Shown: one piece after another, positions 28,360-47,439 of the stretch
How the letters are laid out: every line of letters starts with the position of its first letter
How positions within the stretch are numbered: the stretch's first letter is position 1
Notes under the pieces: model-generated
The model's input: the letters and a program-made list of their open reading frames with translations, nothing else
Told to the model about the DNA's origin: nothing
Database searches by the model: none
Origin: the human T2T-CHM13v2.0 reference genome, Homo sapiens
Length of the DNA stretch: 64,000 nucleotides
Direction: 5' to 3' (one strand)
Assembly: GCF_009914755.1 (NCBI RefSeq)
Contig: NC_060933.1
Program-made: the position numbers and the translations under genes

Positions 28360-28825
28360 TATCTCAAATAAAAGATAAAATTTGGGGAGATATACCATGT
28401 TCATGATTTTGAAATAGTCAAGACTGTGTGATATTGTCCTCAAGAAAGACTAAATAGATCAACAGAACAGAATAGAAAATACAAAAACAGATTTATACAT
28501 ATAGTTAAAATCTTTTTTTTTAAATAGCAAGTCAATTCATCAGGGAAAGTATCAGCTTTGAAGAAATGGAAGAGTTTTCAAAGCAAGAAATGTAAAACAG
28601 TTGGGTATTTATAAGCAATAGAAAAACAAATTTGATTCATAGCTTGCAAAATATATAAACATTAATAAAAAGCCAACCTGAATGTATTGAAATCTTAGAT
28701 ATAAACATAAGATAAATCTTTGTGACCTTAGTTGAAACAAATAAGTGCTGTATATGACATTAAACATTTAATATGTAAAATAAAATATTAACTTGAACTT
28801 CTTCAAAAGTGAAAATTTTTACTCT
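28360..28825 (+). mobile_element. Old L1M ORF2 fragment
   Basis: agatataccatgttcatga; aaatagatcaacagaacagaatagaaa. Confidence 0.6.
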
Positions 28826-30866
28826 TTTTTAAAAATTATTATACTTTAAGTTCAGAATGTGCAGAATGTGTAGGTTTGTTACATAGGTACATACATGCCA
28901 TGGTGGTTTGCTGCACCCTTCAACCCATCATCTATTTTAGGTATTTCTCCTAATGCTATCCCTCCCCAAGCCCCCCACCCCCTGACAGGCCCCAGTGTGT
29001 GATGTTCCCTTCCCTGTGTCCATGTGTTCTAATTTTTCAGCTCCCAATTATGAGTGAGAACATGCGGTGTTTGGTTTTCTGTTCCTGTGTTAGTTTGCTG
29101 AGAATGATCGTTTCCAGCTTTATCCATGTCCCTGCAAAGGACATGAACTCATCCTTTTTTATGGCTGCATAGTGTTCCATAGTGTATATGTGCCACATTT
29201 GCTTTATCCAGTCTATGATTGATGGGCATTTGTGTTGGTTCCAAGTCTTTGCTATTGTGAACAGTGCTGCAATAAACCTACGTGTGCATGTGTCTTTATA
29301 CTAGAATGATTCATAATCCTTTTTCTATTTAGTAATGGGATTGCTGGGTCAAACGGTATTTCTAGTTCTAGATCCTTGAAGAATCACCACACTGTCTTCC
29401 ACAATGGTTGAACTAATTTACACTTTCACCAACAGTGTAAAAGTGTTCCTATTTCTCCACATCCTCTCCAGCATCTGTTGTTTTCTGACTTTTTAATGAT
29501 CACCATTCTAACCAGAGTGAGATGGTATCTCATTGTGGTTTTGATTTGCATTTCCCTAATGACGAATGATGATGAGCTTTTTTTTCACATGTTTTTTGGC
29601 TGCATAAATGTCTTCTTTTGAGAAGTGTCTGTTCATATCCTTTGACCACTTTTCGATGGGGTTGTTTGTATTTTTTCTTGCAAATTTGTTTAAGTTCTTT
29701 ATAGATTCTGGATATTAGCCCTTTGTCAGATGGATAGATTGCAAAAATTTTCTCCCATTCTGTAGGTTGCCTGTTCACTCTGATGATAGTTTATTTTGCT
29801 GTGCAGAAGCTCTTTAGTTTAATTAGATCCCATTCATCAATTTTGGCTTTTGTTGCCAATGCATTTGATGTTGTAGTCATGAAGTTTTTGTCCATGCCTA
29901 TGTCCTGAATGGTATTGCCTAGGTGTTCTGCTAAGGTTTTTATAGTTTTAGGTCTTATGTTTAAGGCTTCAATCCATCTTGGGTGAATTTTTGTATAAGA
30001 TGTAAGGAAGGGATCCAGTTTCAGTTTTCCACTACCCAGTTTTCCCAATACCATTTATTAAATAGGGAATCCTTTCCCCATTGCTTGTTTTTGTCAGGTT
30101 TGTCAAAGATCAGATGGCTGTAGATGTATGGCTTTATTTCTTAGGCCTCTGTTCTGTTCTGTTGGTCTACATAACTGTTTTGGTACCAGTACCATGCTGT
30201 TTTGGTTACTGTAGCCTTGCAGTATATTTTAAAGTCAGGTCGCATGATACTTCCAGCTTTGTTCTTTTTGCTTAGGATTGTCTTGGCTATACAACCTCTT
30301 TTTTGGTTTTGTATGAAATTTAAAGTAGGTTTTTCTAATTCTGTGAAGAAAGTCAATGGTAGCTTGATGGGGATAGCATTGAATTTATAAATTACTTCAG
30401 CAGTATGGACATTTTCATATTGATTCTTCCTATCCATGAGCATGGAATAGTTTGCCATTTGTTTGTGTCCTCTCCTATTTCCTTGAACAGTGGTTTGTAG
30501 TTCTCCTTGAGGAGATCCTTCACATCCCTTGTAAGTTGTTTTCCTAGGTATTTTATTCTCTTTGTAGCAATTGTGAATGGGAGTTCACTCATGATTTGGC
30601 TCTCTGTTTGTCTGTTGTTGTTGTATAGGAATGCTTGTTATTTTTGCACGTTGATTTTGAATCCTGAGATTTTGCTGAAGTTGCTTATCAGCTTAAGGAG
30701 ATAAGCTGAGACGATGGGGTTTTCTAAATATACAATCTTGTCATCTGCAAACAGAGACAATTTGACTTCCTCTCTTCCTGTTTGAATACGCTTTATTGCT
30801 TTCTCTTGCCTGATTGCCTTGGCTAGAACTTTCAATACTATGCTTAATAGGAATGGAAAAGGGCAT
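28826..30866 (-). mobile_element. L1PA, 3' ~2 kb (broken ORF2 C-terminus plus 3'UTR)
   Basis: Peptides [42 protein letters not shown]. Confidence 0.96.
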
Positions 30867-30921
30867 TTAAAAATAATTTTTTAAAAACTATGAACTGAGA
30901 AAACATTTGAATAGCATATAT

Positions 30922-31549
30922 CTTATTGGCCAAGAAAGGTTTATCTCATCAGGACTAATGTTTGTCTTTAGAACTGGCACTTGGCTGGCTTTTGGAAGAT
31001 AACCTGTGGGCCCTTAATATATTCTGCCTGTTGACAGTGTTTCTATACATCTTTGGCTTTAGAGTACAGTGCACAAGTGGTTTTCAGCGTCTGAGGCCTT
31101 GGACCATGCTGTGCTCATTTGAACAGATAAGCTTATCCTAACAATATAATTTAGAGTCAATGGCTATATTTTCTCTGACAGATGCTGTAGTCTGAGTAGC
31201 TGAAATCACTCATATAGGCACCACCTTACATGACTGATGCCCAGTAAAAGCCCTGGAGACCAAAACTTAAATGAGCTTCTCTGATTGACAACACTTCAAT
31301 ATGCTGTCAAATATTGTTGCTGGGAGAATTACGTGTGTTCTTATGGGATTCCACTGGGAGAGGACACCTGAAAGCTTGTACCTGATATCTTCTACATTTC
31401 TCCCCATGGGCTTTTTTTCTTTGTTGATTTTAATCTGTATCTTTTCATTGTAGTAAACTGTAACTATGAAGGTAACGTGTTTTCTAAGACCTGTGAATCA
31501 TTATAGTTAATCTTTGAGCCTAAGGGTGGTCATAAGGAGCCCCAACACA
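30922..31549 (+). mobile_element. MER21-family ERVL LTR
   Basis: ccactgggagaggacacctgaaagcttg; tgattttaatctgtatc; agggtggtc...cccaacaca. Confidence 0.65.
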
Positions 31550-32475
31550 CTAATAAATTACTTTCATAAAGAATATATAAAAGCTGTCAAAAATCAAAAA
31601 TAAAACAAATCACCCAATTTTTTAAAAGGCAAAAGATTGAAAAAGACGTCATGATAGAAGACATGGATGACAAATAAGTATATCAAAAAATTTTAACATC
31701 TGTAGTCATTAAAGAATTGAAAACCACAAAGAAATACTACTGATAGTTATTACAATGTCCAAAGTGAAAAAAAATATTGACCCTACCAGGTATATGCAAC
31801 AAAATGGAGGAACTGAAACGTTAATATACTTTTGATTGACAACCACTTTGTAAAATAGATAGATTGACAGCTTCTTAAAAAAGTAAACCTATGCTTACCA
31901 CTTAATCTAGTCATTTATCTTCTAGATATTTCCCCCTCGAAAAATGAAAAAGAAATTGTTGTATATAAATATTCATAGGCATTTTCTCTTTAATAGCTAA
32001 AATGTGGTCATGACCCACATATTCATTAACAAGTAATTGGTGATATATACGTACAGCAAAATTCTGCTCAGCAATAAAAAGGTTCGACTACTGACACATG
32101 CAACAACATGAATGAATTTCAAAAGAATTTTGCTGTAAAGCAAAAATGCCAGCCAAAAAATAGTGCACCTTATATGATTCCATTTATATAAAACTTCTGG
32201 ATGCACCAATATACAATATACAGTAATATACAATACTGAAAGATGGTCAGCAGTTGTCTAGCTAAGATGCTTATTAGGAGAGACAATAATTGCAAAAGGG
32301 GATTATTAAAAGTAGTCATGAGGAAACATTTTGTGGATTTATATGTTCACTATCTTGACAATAATGATGATCTCACGGATGTATAAATATGTCAGAGCAT
32401 ATCTAATAATTTATCTTACATATTTTTGGCTTTTAATATGTTAATTATAGCTCAATAAATTTCTTAAAAACTCAT
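31550..32475 (+). mobile_element. Old L1M 3' region (continuation of 28360-28825)
   Basis: ctactgacacatgcaacaacatgaatgaatttcaaa; tatatgattccatttatata. Confidence 0.7.
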
Positions 32476-33023
32476 TGGACTCTATCTGTAATGTGTGTAT
32501 GTTTAGTTTTAAGTAGAGTGCAGCTAAATTTTTCTCCACCATTACAATTTTCAAACATACTTTCACTTACAGAATAGCATACTGAAAATTAACACATGCT
32601 TTTATAATTATAAATAAAATAGTAATATATCATTTCTGCTGAAATAAATGCAAACCAATTACAAGGAATTTATTAGTTTTTATTTTAGTTACTTCATATA
32701 TATTAGCATCTAAGCCTCAAAGATTCACTATGTAATTGTGTAAATTAGTAGTAGGGTTACCTGAATCTGGCTTAATAGTGAATTAATCAGTATTTATCTT
32801 TAAACATTTTTTCCTTTATGAATTGTGTCACACTTTTAAAGAGCCCTTCCTACATTACAAGCATGTATAAAATATATTCTTATACTATTTTAGAATAATT
32901 TCAGAAGTTAGATTGTTTTCTAGATTTAGTGTTTTCATTGATACCAAATTTATTTTTATGTACATAAATGTATGATTTTAAGTTAGATTATTTCAAACTG
33001 GTATCCCTGCAATTATCTGAACA

Positions 33024-33351
<328 letters not shown>

Positions 33352-33619
33352 CAACAAAATTTTTAAGTAGTCACATTGACTTTTTTTTTCAAAAGTTAGT
33401 TTTAAGCTATTTGATAACATATGGATCTACTTCACTAAAGTTGTATTTTTGTGTGTAATTCTTTAATCCATCTGGAGATATTTTGGTTGTTTTTCGATCA
33501 GATAGCCAGTTAAACCAGAAAGAAAAATCTTACCAAAAAGTTTCCACTTAGAAAATTTAATAGCCAAAAAAACTAATATATGCAAGAATGAACAAAAACA
33601 TATTGATAAAAGTTATACA

Positions 33620-34760
33620 TCATATTTTTATTGAAATATTTCATAATGAAATGTTTCACATGGTTAAAGAACTACAAATTCATCCAGTGTAAATAAAAAC
33701 TTCATGGGAAATGTATAATATATGAGGGATTATTTGATATCTGAAAAAACTAGATAGAAAATAAATGCTTAAAAACTTCTAGAAGGTAATCCAGTAGAAT
33801 ATTTATCAGCTTAGGCTAACAAATGATATAAACATGATTAAAGAAGAGCTAAACTTGAATAAAAATATTAAGTTGATGACAAGTGTAAAACACCATTCTT
33901 CAAAATATGCAATTACAAATAGGAAAGTGCTAATAGGAGAAAAAATAAGATGTTTATAATGCAAAAAGTATTAACATTCAAAACTGTTGATAATATAAAG
34001 AAAGATATTATAAGGAAAAGTATTCCAGTATTAGAGTAGCCTAAGTATAAGGCAATTTGAAGAAAGAAAAGAGGAATCATGAATAGGTTTATCAATCCTG
34101 ATTCCATCTCACCAGTGATTAGACTGGTAAATAAGAAAATGTGTGATAATACCAAGGGTAATAAAGATATATTTCATTTACATTTACAGTGCTGGTAAAC
34201 ATACACTGTACAACCACTTTGGAGAAAACTTGGAAGTACCTAAAATGTGAAAATGCACAGTTGCTCTTGATCCAGCAAGGGTACCTCTGAGTATATATTG
34301 TGGAAAAATTCTCACACATGCATACACAGTGAAACATGTAAGAGTGCTTATAGCAGCAGTGTTGGGATTTTCTTTAAACCCTAGATTTGACCTATATATC
34401 TATCAGTAGAGAATCAAAATATAATTCAAGCTATTGTTATACAGTGGGATATAGTACATCACTGATAATTAATACAAATTAATATTATGAACCACTCAAG
34501 TTTGAATCAAATATTAGGTCATGGTATAATGAAATTATAAAACTATTTAGAGTTAAAAACAGGCAAAAATGTCACATTTATTTTAGAATTCATAATTGAA
34601 TAGTAGAAGAAAGTAAAAATGCATAGGAATCATCAACATGAAACACAGGAAAAATAAATGAAACATAGGCAGGTGATTATCTGCAGAGCAAGAAAGTAGA
34701 GTTTATTAAGGAGGGCAGTATGAGAACTATCTAAGATATTTTAGGATAAGAAGCGGTTTT
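33620..34760 (+). mobile_element. Old L1ME-like fragment
   Basis: tgtacaaccactttggagaaaacttggaagtacct; gcttatagcagcagtgtt. Confidence 0.55.
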
Positions 34761-37700
34761 GTGAATTTGAATTCATTAAATAACGCTTTCTATTTTGTTT
34801 TGTTATTCATCATTTAACATTTTTTTTAAAAATATAAAGAATTCTCATAAGTATTTTTAAACTAGAAGACAAATAAGTGGAATGAAACATCTAAATGTCA
34901 AATTTTGGTGTGTACTTCCTATTAATTTCTAAGCAGGGACTCCTGGCAAGCAGAAATAACTCTGAGGACATGTGGGATTTTGAATTTTTGGACACCTCTG
35001 TAAAGTTATTTGGCAAGCAATAATAATAGCTACCACTTATTTATCAAGTGTTTACTAATGTACTAAGCATTGCCATATATGGTTTATTACTTCTATCCTA
35101 TTTAGTATTCAAATCAATATGATGTCTATTTTTGTTCTGTTTTAAAAATAAAGAAGCTAACATGTCCAAGCCACATATTTAGTAAGTATTGGAACTACAT
35201 CAAAACAAGAAAGAAACATTTCAATGGTTTATCCTACTGTCTACTTCCTAAAGGAAAATTATAAATTTACAGTAACTGATCCAAATACGTTTCCAGAGTT
35301 ACTTTAGCTTTCACAGTGTTGGCCAGCACAATGTGTTTTTTGTTTGTTTGTTTGCTTGCTTCCTTGTTTTTTAATTGAGAACATTCCCATAGTTGACTAT
35401 TTCAATATTTAATTCTCCAATCTTGTATTTTTGGTTTATCTTGATAAACATCAAATAAGGTGGAGGCAGTTTACACTGAATAGACTTAAGAAGCTGATCT
35501 TCACAAGAAAGTTCAGATGCTTCATTTTACCACAATTTCTCCACTGCTTAGTTTTATTACACCTAGTCCATATCATGCATTTGGGTTACTTGCCTGGCTC
35601 ATCTATGACAGAAAAGAAGGAAAGGAGAAAGGAAGCAAAAGAGAATAAAGAACCTAAATAAATGCTATTCATCTATTCAGAGCTGTTTCAAAAAATTAAG
35701 TGAAGGTTTTCTTCAGTATTCTCAGTCAAATCTTGCTTCATACTTATTATAAATACCCTGAAAGAGTCATACCAATGTGTTCTCTGTAAATGCCATGAAC
35801 AACACTTTGTTTTTGTATAACGGTTTTCATGACTATTGTATTAATAGCACATTCAATAATATTTCAATAGGTCAAAATTATGTCATATGTTTTCTTACAA
35901 ATTTTTGTCATTTTTTAGAATTAATGCTACAGCCCAGAAAATAAATATTATTATGAAAGCTTGTTTGTAAAAAATTTCAGTAATTTTATATCTTTTTGGT
36001 AAGATTAGTGGCTTCTATTGTATATATTTACAATGGATATCAATGTTGATATTGAGTTATCCAATCTAATATTCTTAATAGCTCCAGCTTGAACTATGAA
36101 TGGTAGATGACTATGTTCTGTACGTATACCAATATGAGTATTTTTCTATGTTAAAGATTTTACTAGAATCCTTAAATAAACCATAATCATCTAATATGAT
36201 TTTCTGCTGGAATTTATATAATTTATTATCATAAAAATATATTGAATTGCTCAGATAAAAATTTTAACTTCTATAAATCTTAATATATAAAAATATGGTC
36301 TTCTTCAACAAATTGACATTGCAAATTGGTTTAGAATATCCTTAAATAATTATAGTTTTATTTTCAAATAAGCTACTTTTGCAAATTGTTATCATTTTTA
36401 ACTTAACTTTTGTGTTTTGTTTTTTGTTTGTATTTATGTCTTCCCCAAATGTCCTCTTTTTTTATGCAAATGTAGAGAAGGCAGACACCTAGAATTCCAT
36501 CCTAGAATTAAGACGTGACAATAAACTTTTATTTTGTGAGTGCATTGTACGCTGACCTAATAGAAGATGAAAAGTGGAAAAATTTGCACAATGAGTTCAA
36601 GAACTCTGAGGAAAAGTATTCAAACAGTCTAGTTAAGAAAACCTTATTAAGTGGAAATTTCATACCAAACAAGGCTGCACAGCTTGGAAAAGCCCTGCAC
36701 TTAAAATTAACTTCAGCCGGTGATGTGCTGAGGCTCTTGACTCAAGTACAGGCACACGGGCTGGCTATGATTTGGAGAAACATGGTAAGTCATATGAATG
36801 TTAGTTGATAACTAATTTTATTGTTCATGTGCGGAGGACATAGGGTCAAATGTGCCCCAAGAAGACCTCGAGAAAATATATGTGGCTCTGGATACAGACC
36901 TCATGTGACAAAAGGAAGCAATAACCAGGAAAGACTGATTCTCTCTGCTTATCATTTAGAACAATCAAAATAAGTTTGAAATGAAAAAAACTCCAGGGGT
37001 TTTGAAATTATTAAACTGGCATGTACATACTAAAAGGGAGCCAATAAGGAATTTACTACTAATAGGGCATGGGGGAAAGCAGATCCAAAGTTCTAATTAA
37101 TGTTTTAAAATGATGGTATCCATTTGCCAGTTTTAAGATAAGTCCATACTGCTGAAAATTGCTCTATGTTTCTTACCACATTTATCTATGTCAGCATTTA
37201 TTTTACTTCTAAATTTAATTACAATTTTTAAATTCCATTATACAAGTTATCTCACATTTAACTATTTGTTACCTTTCCTTCTCATCTTACAATATTACTT
37301 CTCTACCTGTCAAACTATATACAGTCCAGTTCCTATTCCAATTATGGCTATAATTGCAGTACAATTAATCAATTAATTAACAAAACATAGCAAAAAATCA
37401 AAAGAACTTTAAAAAATTATGTATAATTGTGATCAATATGGATGTTTTTAAATATGTTCAACTATTTATACTATTTTCCTTCTCAAAGAATCATCAGAAT
37501 GCTGAACACATAAAATAAACATTGGATAAATTAAAAATAATTTTTCATTCTAAACAATCTAAAGTAATTTAAGTATAGTTCCTATTTAGACTTAACCATA
37601 ACACTTTGAAAAACTTGAAAGAATTCACTGATTTTTTATAAAATTTAAAATTAATACATATTACACAATTTGTAATATAGATTTTTACTTTGAACATGAG

Positions 37701-38613
37701 GGCATTTTAAATGGAGCTTCTTTGAAATATAATTCACATATAAAAATTTCAGAAAATTTTAAGGACCTTTTTCTTTTTACTAATGCTTTGATTAGGATTT
37801 CAGTCTGCATACAAATTTGTCAAGATTTTAGCTGATACTCTTTCAGGAAACTATTTTAATAGATCATTACCTTTCCTTATCTCTCAATGTCATTAGATAT
37901 GTACATTTTAATCTTAATTTCTAGGACAAATATACATATCTTTTTCTGATTATGTGCCTCTAAGTTTGATAAAAAGTTCTTGATGCAACCAGTGGACTCA
38001 ACACTTCTCCTTACTTTGCATTTATAATAATAGGCTTATAGCAGTTTTTTTCTCCAAATTAAAGTATAAATATTTAATTTTTACTTTTAATTTTTAAACG
38101 TTACTCAATAGTATGTTTATAAAATGACTTCTGGAAAAACATGTCTATTTTCTATCATTTATTATGTCATAATTGAGAGAAGCAAGGACCCAAATTCATT
38201 TTATTATAACACATAAAACTGAATAAATATAGATGACAGATATGTGTTCTTTGTTTTTACATATCTGTTGTAAACCATATTACTCAGATTATCTCACTTC
38301 TTTCAACTTTTCTAATAAAAGCAATTACCATACCTATGTGGAATGTATTTTAATAGTAATTCGTTTTAATAAAAGTTATATATTTTTAGGAGGTCAAAAT
38401 AGCAATTTCAATTTATGAAATGTTGACTTTTTAATCTTATTGACATATTTTCTGGAGGCAAATTGTAGAACTATTTGAATAGCAACAGAAATTTCCAGTG
38501 GAGAGACAGTCAGATACGAAACTTCCGTGAGAAAACTGTATTTATCAGTGACTGAAAATCCTTGGATTAGGACCTAACTCCCACCTACTTGTTCTTGTAG
38601 ATACTCTGTCTAA

Positions 38614-38669
38614 ATACAGATATAGATAGATACAGATACAGATACAGATACAGATATAGACATAGATAC
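38614..38669. repeat. (GATACA)n microsatellite
   Basis: Direct reading. Confidence 0.9.
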
Positions 38670-39786
38670 AAGTACAGTTACATAGAAAAATAATATTATA
38701 AGATATCCTGAAATATATATAATATGTTAGTTTCTAACATTGTTTTAAAAGTTAGTTGTTTAACCAATCAAAGCAGAAACAACTTAAACAGACTTTACAA
38801 AAATTCATCAGATTTAATAAAGTTGTCTATTCGAAGATAGGGACTTCTTTCTTTTTTAAAAATTAAATGAGAAAGCAACTATTGGCAAATTCAAATTCCT
38901 TTCTTATCAAAACACGTATTTTGAATTTTTATTGTTTAAAACAATATAGAATTTGAATTAATAGCTATCTTAGTAAGGAAATATCTTTCCTCAAGACTGC
39001 AATGTGCTATCTTGCATACAAAATTACCAAATAAACACAGTGACTGCTGATAAATTTTTACCTAATTATTTAATATGGTTCCCTTGAAAAATGAATGATT
39101 AAATGAATTAAACAACAGTTAAACAATTAGATTCAGTATGAATATTATGTGCATACTGTACATACTTTTGTATTTTCAAGGTCAATCATTGCATAGAAAG
39201 AAATTAATTTTTTTAAGAAGTTAAAAATATAGTACTTAATCTTGAATAAATTTGTTAATAACTAGGGCACATTAAAATATGCCTCAAACGTAGTAAAATT
39301 ACATTTTAACATTTATACAAGAGGTTGTCTAGAATATCACAAAAGAAAAATAACCTAAAAATAAAAACTTTCCCAAAACAAAGACTCAAAAGCAGCCCAA
39401 AACTGTTACAACAATAAAAATAATGCCACAATATTTGTTTCTATTTTAATTGAAAAAAGGAAAAGCAGATTTAGTTATTACTCTAAATAGATACTTTATT
39501 GTTGATTTTTCTAGATTTAATAGATTCAATAGTTTGAACTTAAAACCGTATTTCTCAATTTTACTCTAATTTTCTAACCTCAAACTTAAAACACATCATT
39601 TCCCTCTTTATTTTCCCACCAACCACACACACTAGCCATGTCATTCTATTTGTATTTACCTCATTCTTTTTCACATACTCTTTGTGTGTGATTCTGCTTT
39701 ACCATCTTTTAGAATATCTTTTCTCAATTTTTCACCTATATCAAATATTGTTTTAATATATAGCATATTAATAGAAAAGCTAAGGT

Positions 39787-40150
39787 ATAGTAAGGCAAAC
39801 AGATCGGAAGACAATTGCCATTGAAAAGATACTCACAATTTCCAACAGAAGGGAGCATGTCACGCCAGGGGAGACTACAGGGAAGAACTCAGGTCCATCA
39901 GGAAACAGAGAGAGGGAGGAATTCACGAGCAAGACCCTAGACTGTGGTGTTTGCAGGAAGAAACCAAGCAGGGTAAACAAGCTTAGGACTGGCTCGTTTG
40001 AATAATTTCAGTGGGCTCTGGGGCATAAGAGCTGTCCCTGGTTCTCTGGTTTTTGGCCCTAGCGTGATTAGGACAGAAGCACAGTGGCCTGGAGTGTGAC
40101 AGCCCTATAGAGTATTTGTTTGGGAATTGGTTAGTTTGTATTTGTAAAGC
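39787..40150 (-). mobile_element. MER54/MER74-type ERVL LTR
   Basis: tgccattgaaaagatactcaca; gcttaggactggctcgtttgaataatttcagtgggctctgggg. Confidence 0.55.
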
Positions 40151-40741
40151 CCATCTTCATGAGGAGTTCAGGGGAGACTTCGTAGCCAGAAGCTGAGGCA
40201 AGGTGACTCCAGCATACTATCCATCTTCAAGAACAAGATGTGTCTGAATTGCTGTATGTTATAAAGTTTCGATGTCTAATAGAGCAAATCTTTCATCCTG
40301 TTGGTTCTCTTTGATTTAATTTGCTTTTTTTTCTCTCTAAGTACTGTTCTCGGAATAAGCCAATCTGATATGTGTGTCACTATTCCAATGAATGAGTAGA
40401 TCACACTTTATTTTTCTGCTTCTTGTGAACATTAATTAGTTCAGTTTTCTGAAATTTTCAATGCTATTGTGATTTTTTAAAATTAACAATGCTACTTTGC
40501 TTATTGTGTACTTGTCACCAGAAATGCAAGAGCTAAGATGTCTCTGGAAATGGAATTCCTGGGTCACAGGGTTGGCACATGATCAACATTATTAGATAAT
40601 GTTAAATTGTTGTACAATGTAATCACATTAATTTGTATGCCAATAGTAGTATATAAAAGTTTGAATTGCCCTACATCCAAACTCACACAAAAATAAATGC
40701 AGTCTAAAAAAAAAATTTATAATGTGATGTATATGAAATTA

Positions 40742-41135
<394 letters not shown>

Positions 41136-41925
41136 TTAAAAAGTCTGCTTAGGTATTTTCCTATTTTAATTTTTATGTCTTTTTCTAAATCCTTAACATA
41201 AATTAATTGTATCATGAATTTTAATAGATTGTTATGTACTTGCAAATGTTGCCATGCTGTTTATGATGATTTTTCATTTTACCAATGGTGATTTAGAAGG
41301 AACAGATACTCTTGATATGAGTGGGACCAAACTTACAAATCATCTTGCTCCAGTCAGTTTTTGTGCTGGTTTGAAAATTTTTTTCATACTCTGAGATTCA
41401 GGCTAAATTGCTTTTAAAATTTTAAAGCTTTGTGTTTCAAATTTATATTCTTGATGAGATGTATAGAGTGAGAATGAGATACATTGTCTTTTTATTATAA
41501 ACAATCTTGCTTTAGTAGCTACTGAAGTTTACTTTTGAAATTGTATTTCTTAAATATTTCCGTTAATTATAGAAAATTGATTTTGTATTCTATTTTATAT
41601 CCATTAACTTTGCTCATTTAGTAATTCTAATAATCCTAGGCATTCTTCACAATGCATTGTAAGATAATGTATACATTTCATAGGATGACAATTTTTAGAT
41701 ACACTTAATGGTATGGGACTATAGATTATTGGGATTTTCTTTGGTTTAAAATTGGCAAACTATTTTTAAGGGGAAGTTGTTAACAATCACTTTCTACAAT
41801 ATGTGACTCTCTCTTCAAAGAGTAAATCAGAGACAAATCTTTTTTTTCAAATTTCTTTTTTTGAAAATCAATAATAATGACCCTATTTTTTAGTTTGAAT
41901 GGATTCTCATTAATTTAAAATGCAA

Positions 41926-42339
41926 ATATTTTGGACTAAATGTTTGTGTCCCTCCCACCCCAAATTTAAATTTTGAAGCCCTAATCCCCAGTATTATGGT
42001 TTTGGAGATGTGGGCCTTTGGAGGTCAAAAGGTTGAGATGAAACCATGAGGATGGAGTCCTCATGATGGAATTAGTGAATTTATTATAAAAGACACAGAA
42101 GAGCACTTTCTTGTACACTTCCTTTGTCTCTGTCTCTCTGTGTGTTTCTCTATCTCTCTTCCCTTTGGGAACACAACAAAAGGTATCTGTGTGACAAGCA
42201 TGAAGAATACCCTCAGCAGAAACTGACTATGTGTATGCTGATCGTGTACTTCTTAGCCTCCAAACTATGCGGAAAACATTTTGTTGTATAAGACACCAAG
42301 TTTATTGCATTTTGTTACGGCAGCCTGAGCAGTCTAACA
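41926..42339 (+). mobile_element. MLT1A/MST-type MaLR LTR
   Basis: ggactaaatgtttgtgtcc...gaagccctaatcccca...ttttgttacggcagcctgagc. Confidence 0.8.
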
Positions 42340-43134
42340 AGAAAGCAATAAAAAGTATAAGTAATTAAGATGAAACTAAATTTATCATCCAAATTCTCAC
42401 CATAAAGAAATAACCATTTTCAAAATATGTAGAACAAGATTTTACATATTTTCCTAAAGTTTATAGACAGAGATAATTGATAAAGATTTTATACAAACTG
42501 ACTATTAAGAAATGATTGTATTTAATTATAACAGAAGATAAAAATAATTTTGTATAGAGAAACTGATTAACGTTTATGCATATTTGTTCCTAAAGTACAT
42601 TCAAAGTTAAGAGAACAGATTATAAAATCATAAGTTAGAGTTCTTATAGAATAGGTTTCTTACAAGAAGGGAAGAAAGCAAAATAAATTTAACACAACTA
42701 AAGCAGATCTTGCAGAATGTGATTCATATATGGACATGAGTCAGCTTCCTAAACTTGAATCTCAGTGTTATATAGATGAACCCACTCAGACAGAAACAGC
42801 ATTGAACTAGAACAGAACTCCTTTGACAGGCAATGCACATGTTTTTAGGAGAGCAGACTGTAAGCTTTCTCTGAGCCTCAGAGAGGCAGAAGGTAAGAAT
42901 GATTCTGGGTTATGCATCCTCAAGTTTTTGTTTAAACTCTCTGAATAAGTACCTCATACCATTTTGCCGGGGCAAAGTGAGTGGATGGGGAAAGCAGGCC
43001 AAGGGCATTATGTGAATGGGTCACTTCAAAGGGAAAAACATATCTGAAACATGGTAGAAGCACCCCATAACTAACTACTTTTTCATGCCTTTGGCCTATT
43101 GGACTTAACCATTATAGCAATGATGACTCAAAAA

Positions 43135-46585
<3,451 letters not shown>

Positions 46586-46634
46586 AAAACAACTACACTG
46601 TTTCATTTCTCTAGATTTCTTTTTGTCTCCATTT

Positions 46635-47148
46635 AATTATGGAGAGACTTGCAGAGACAGAAATGACTGTCACGTGTTCTTATACACATAAAGCCCTAGA
46701 AACAGGAGCCACAGCACATCATGCACTGGGGCCATATGGGGAAGTACCGGAGTCAGTGAAGGCAAAAGGAGCAAGACTAAAGCATGAGCCAGAGCCTTTA
46801 ATATGGTTTTCCTTGGAAGGAATGAGTGAGACAGTGTAAGCAGCTGAGCAGGTTTAAGACTGGGTAGTGTGAGTACTTTTTGTGTAATTTAGTCCCTAGT
46901 GTTCCAGCACCTGATTCTGGGGTGACGAAAGCAGAGGGATAATGTCCCAGACCACAGGAGCCATATAATAAGAGTCAAGTGAGGGTGTGGATTCTGGATT
47001 GGTTGGTTTGCATATAAATAACATGATCATAGGCAAGTTGTTTAGTATTTCTAGAAATTAGCTAACCCTAGGAGGAGCACTCTGTCTTGAAACCCATATG
47101 GTCTCAAGATGTCAAAGCAAAACAAAAACAATAACCATGATTAATACA
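46635..47148 (-). mobile_element. MER54/MER74-type ERVL LTR
   Basis: Similar to 39787-40150: ccagagcctttaatatggttttcc; gcaggtttaagactgg. Confidence 0.5.
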
Positions 47149-47439
47149 GCAAGATGGAATAAGCTATATATTGCCTTAAGGAAGAAGTTACTTGGCTCTC
47201 TATGGCTGATCGTCATAACCTGAAAGATTTGTTCTCTTGACTTGAGCTGGACAGCTGGGGTTTTATTTCTGAAGCATTTTATAGGAACTACTCATTGTTC
47301 TTGTTTTTGTCATAGTAGTCATGATGCTGGCCAATTGCATTCAACTCAGTCTTAACTTCCTTTTTATAGCAGCCCTCTCACCAGAAGATCGCCCTTACTA
47401 CAAAACTGCAAAAAGTTCAAGAACATCTCATAATATGGT

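Noticed and set aside
29530-30835. L1 ORF2 peptides
   Set aside because: Fragmented by stops and frameshifts and 5'-truncated; not functional
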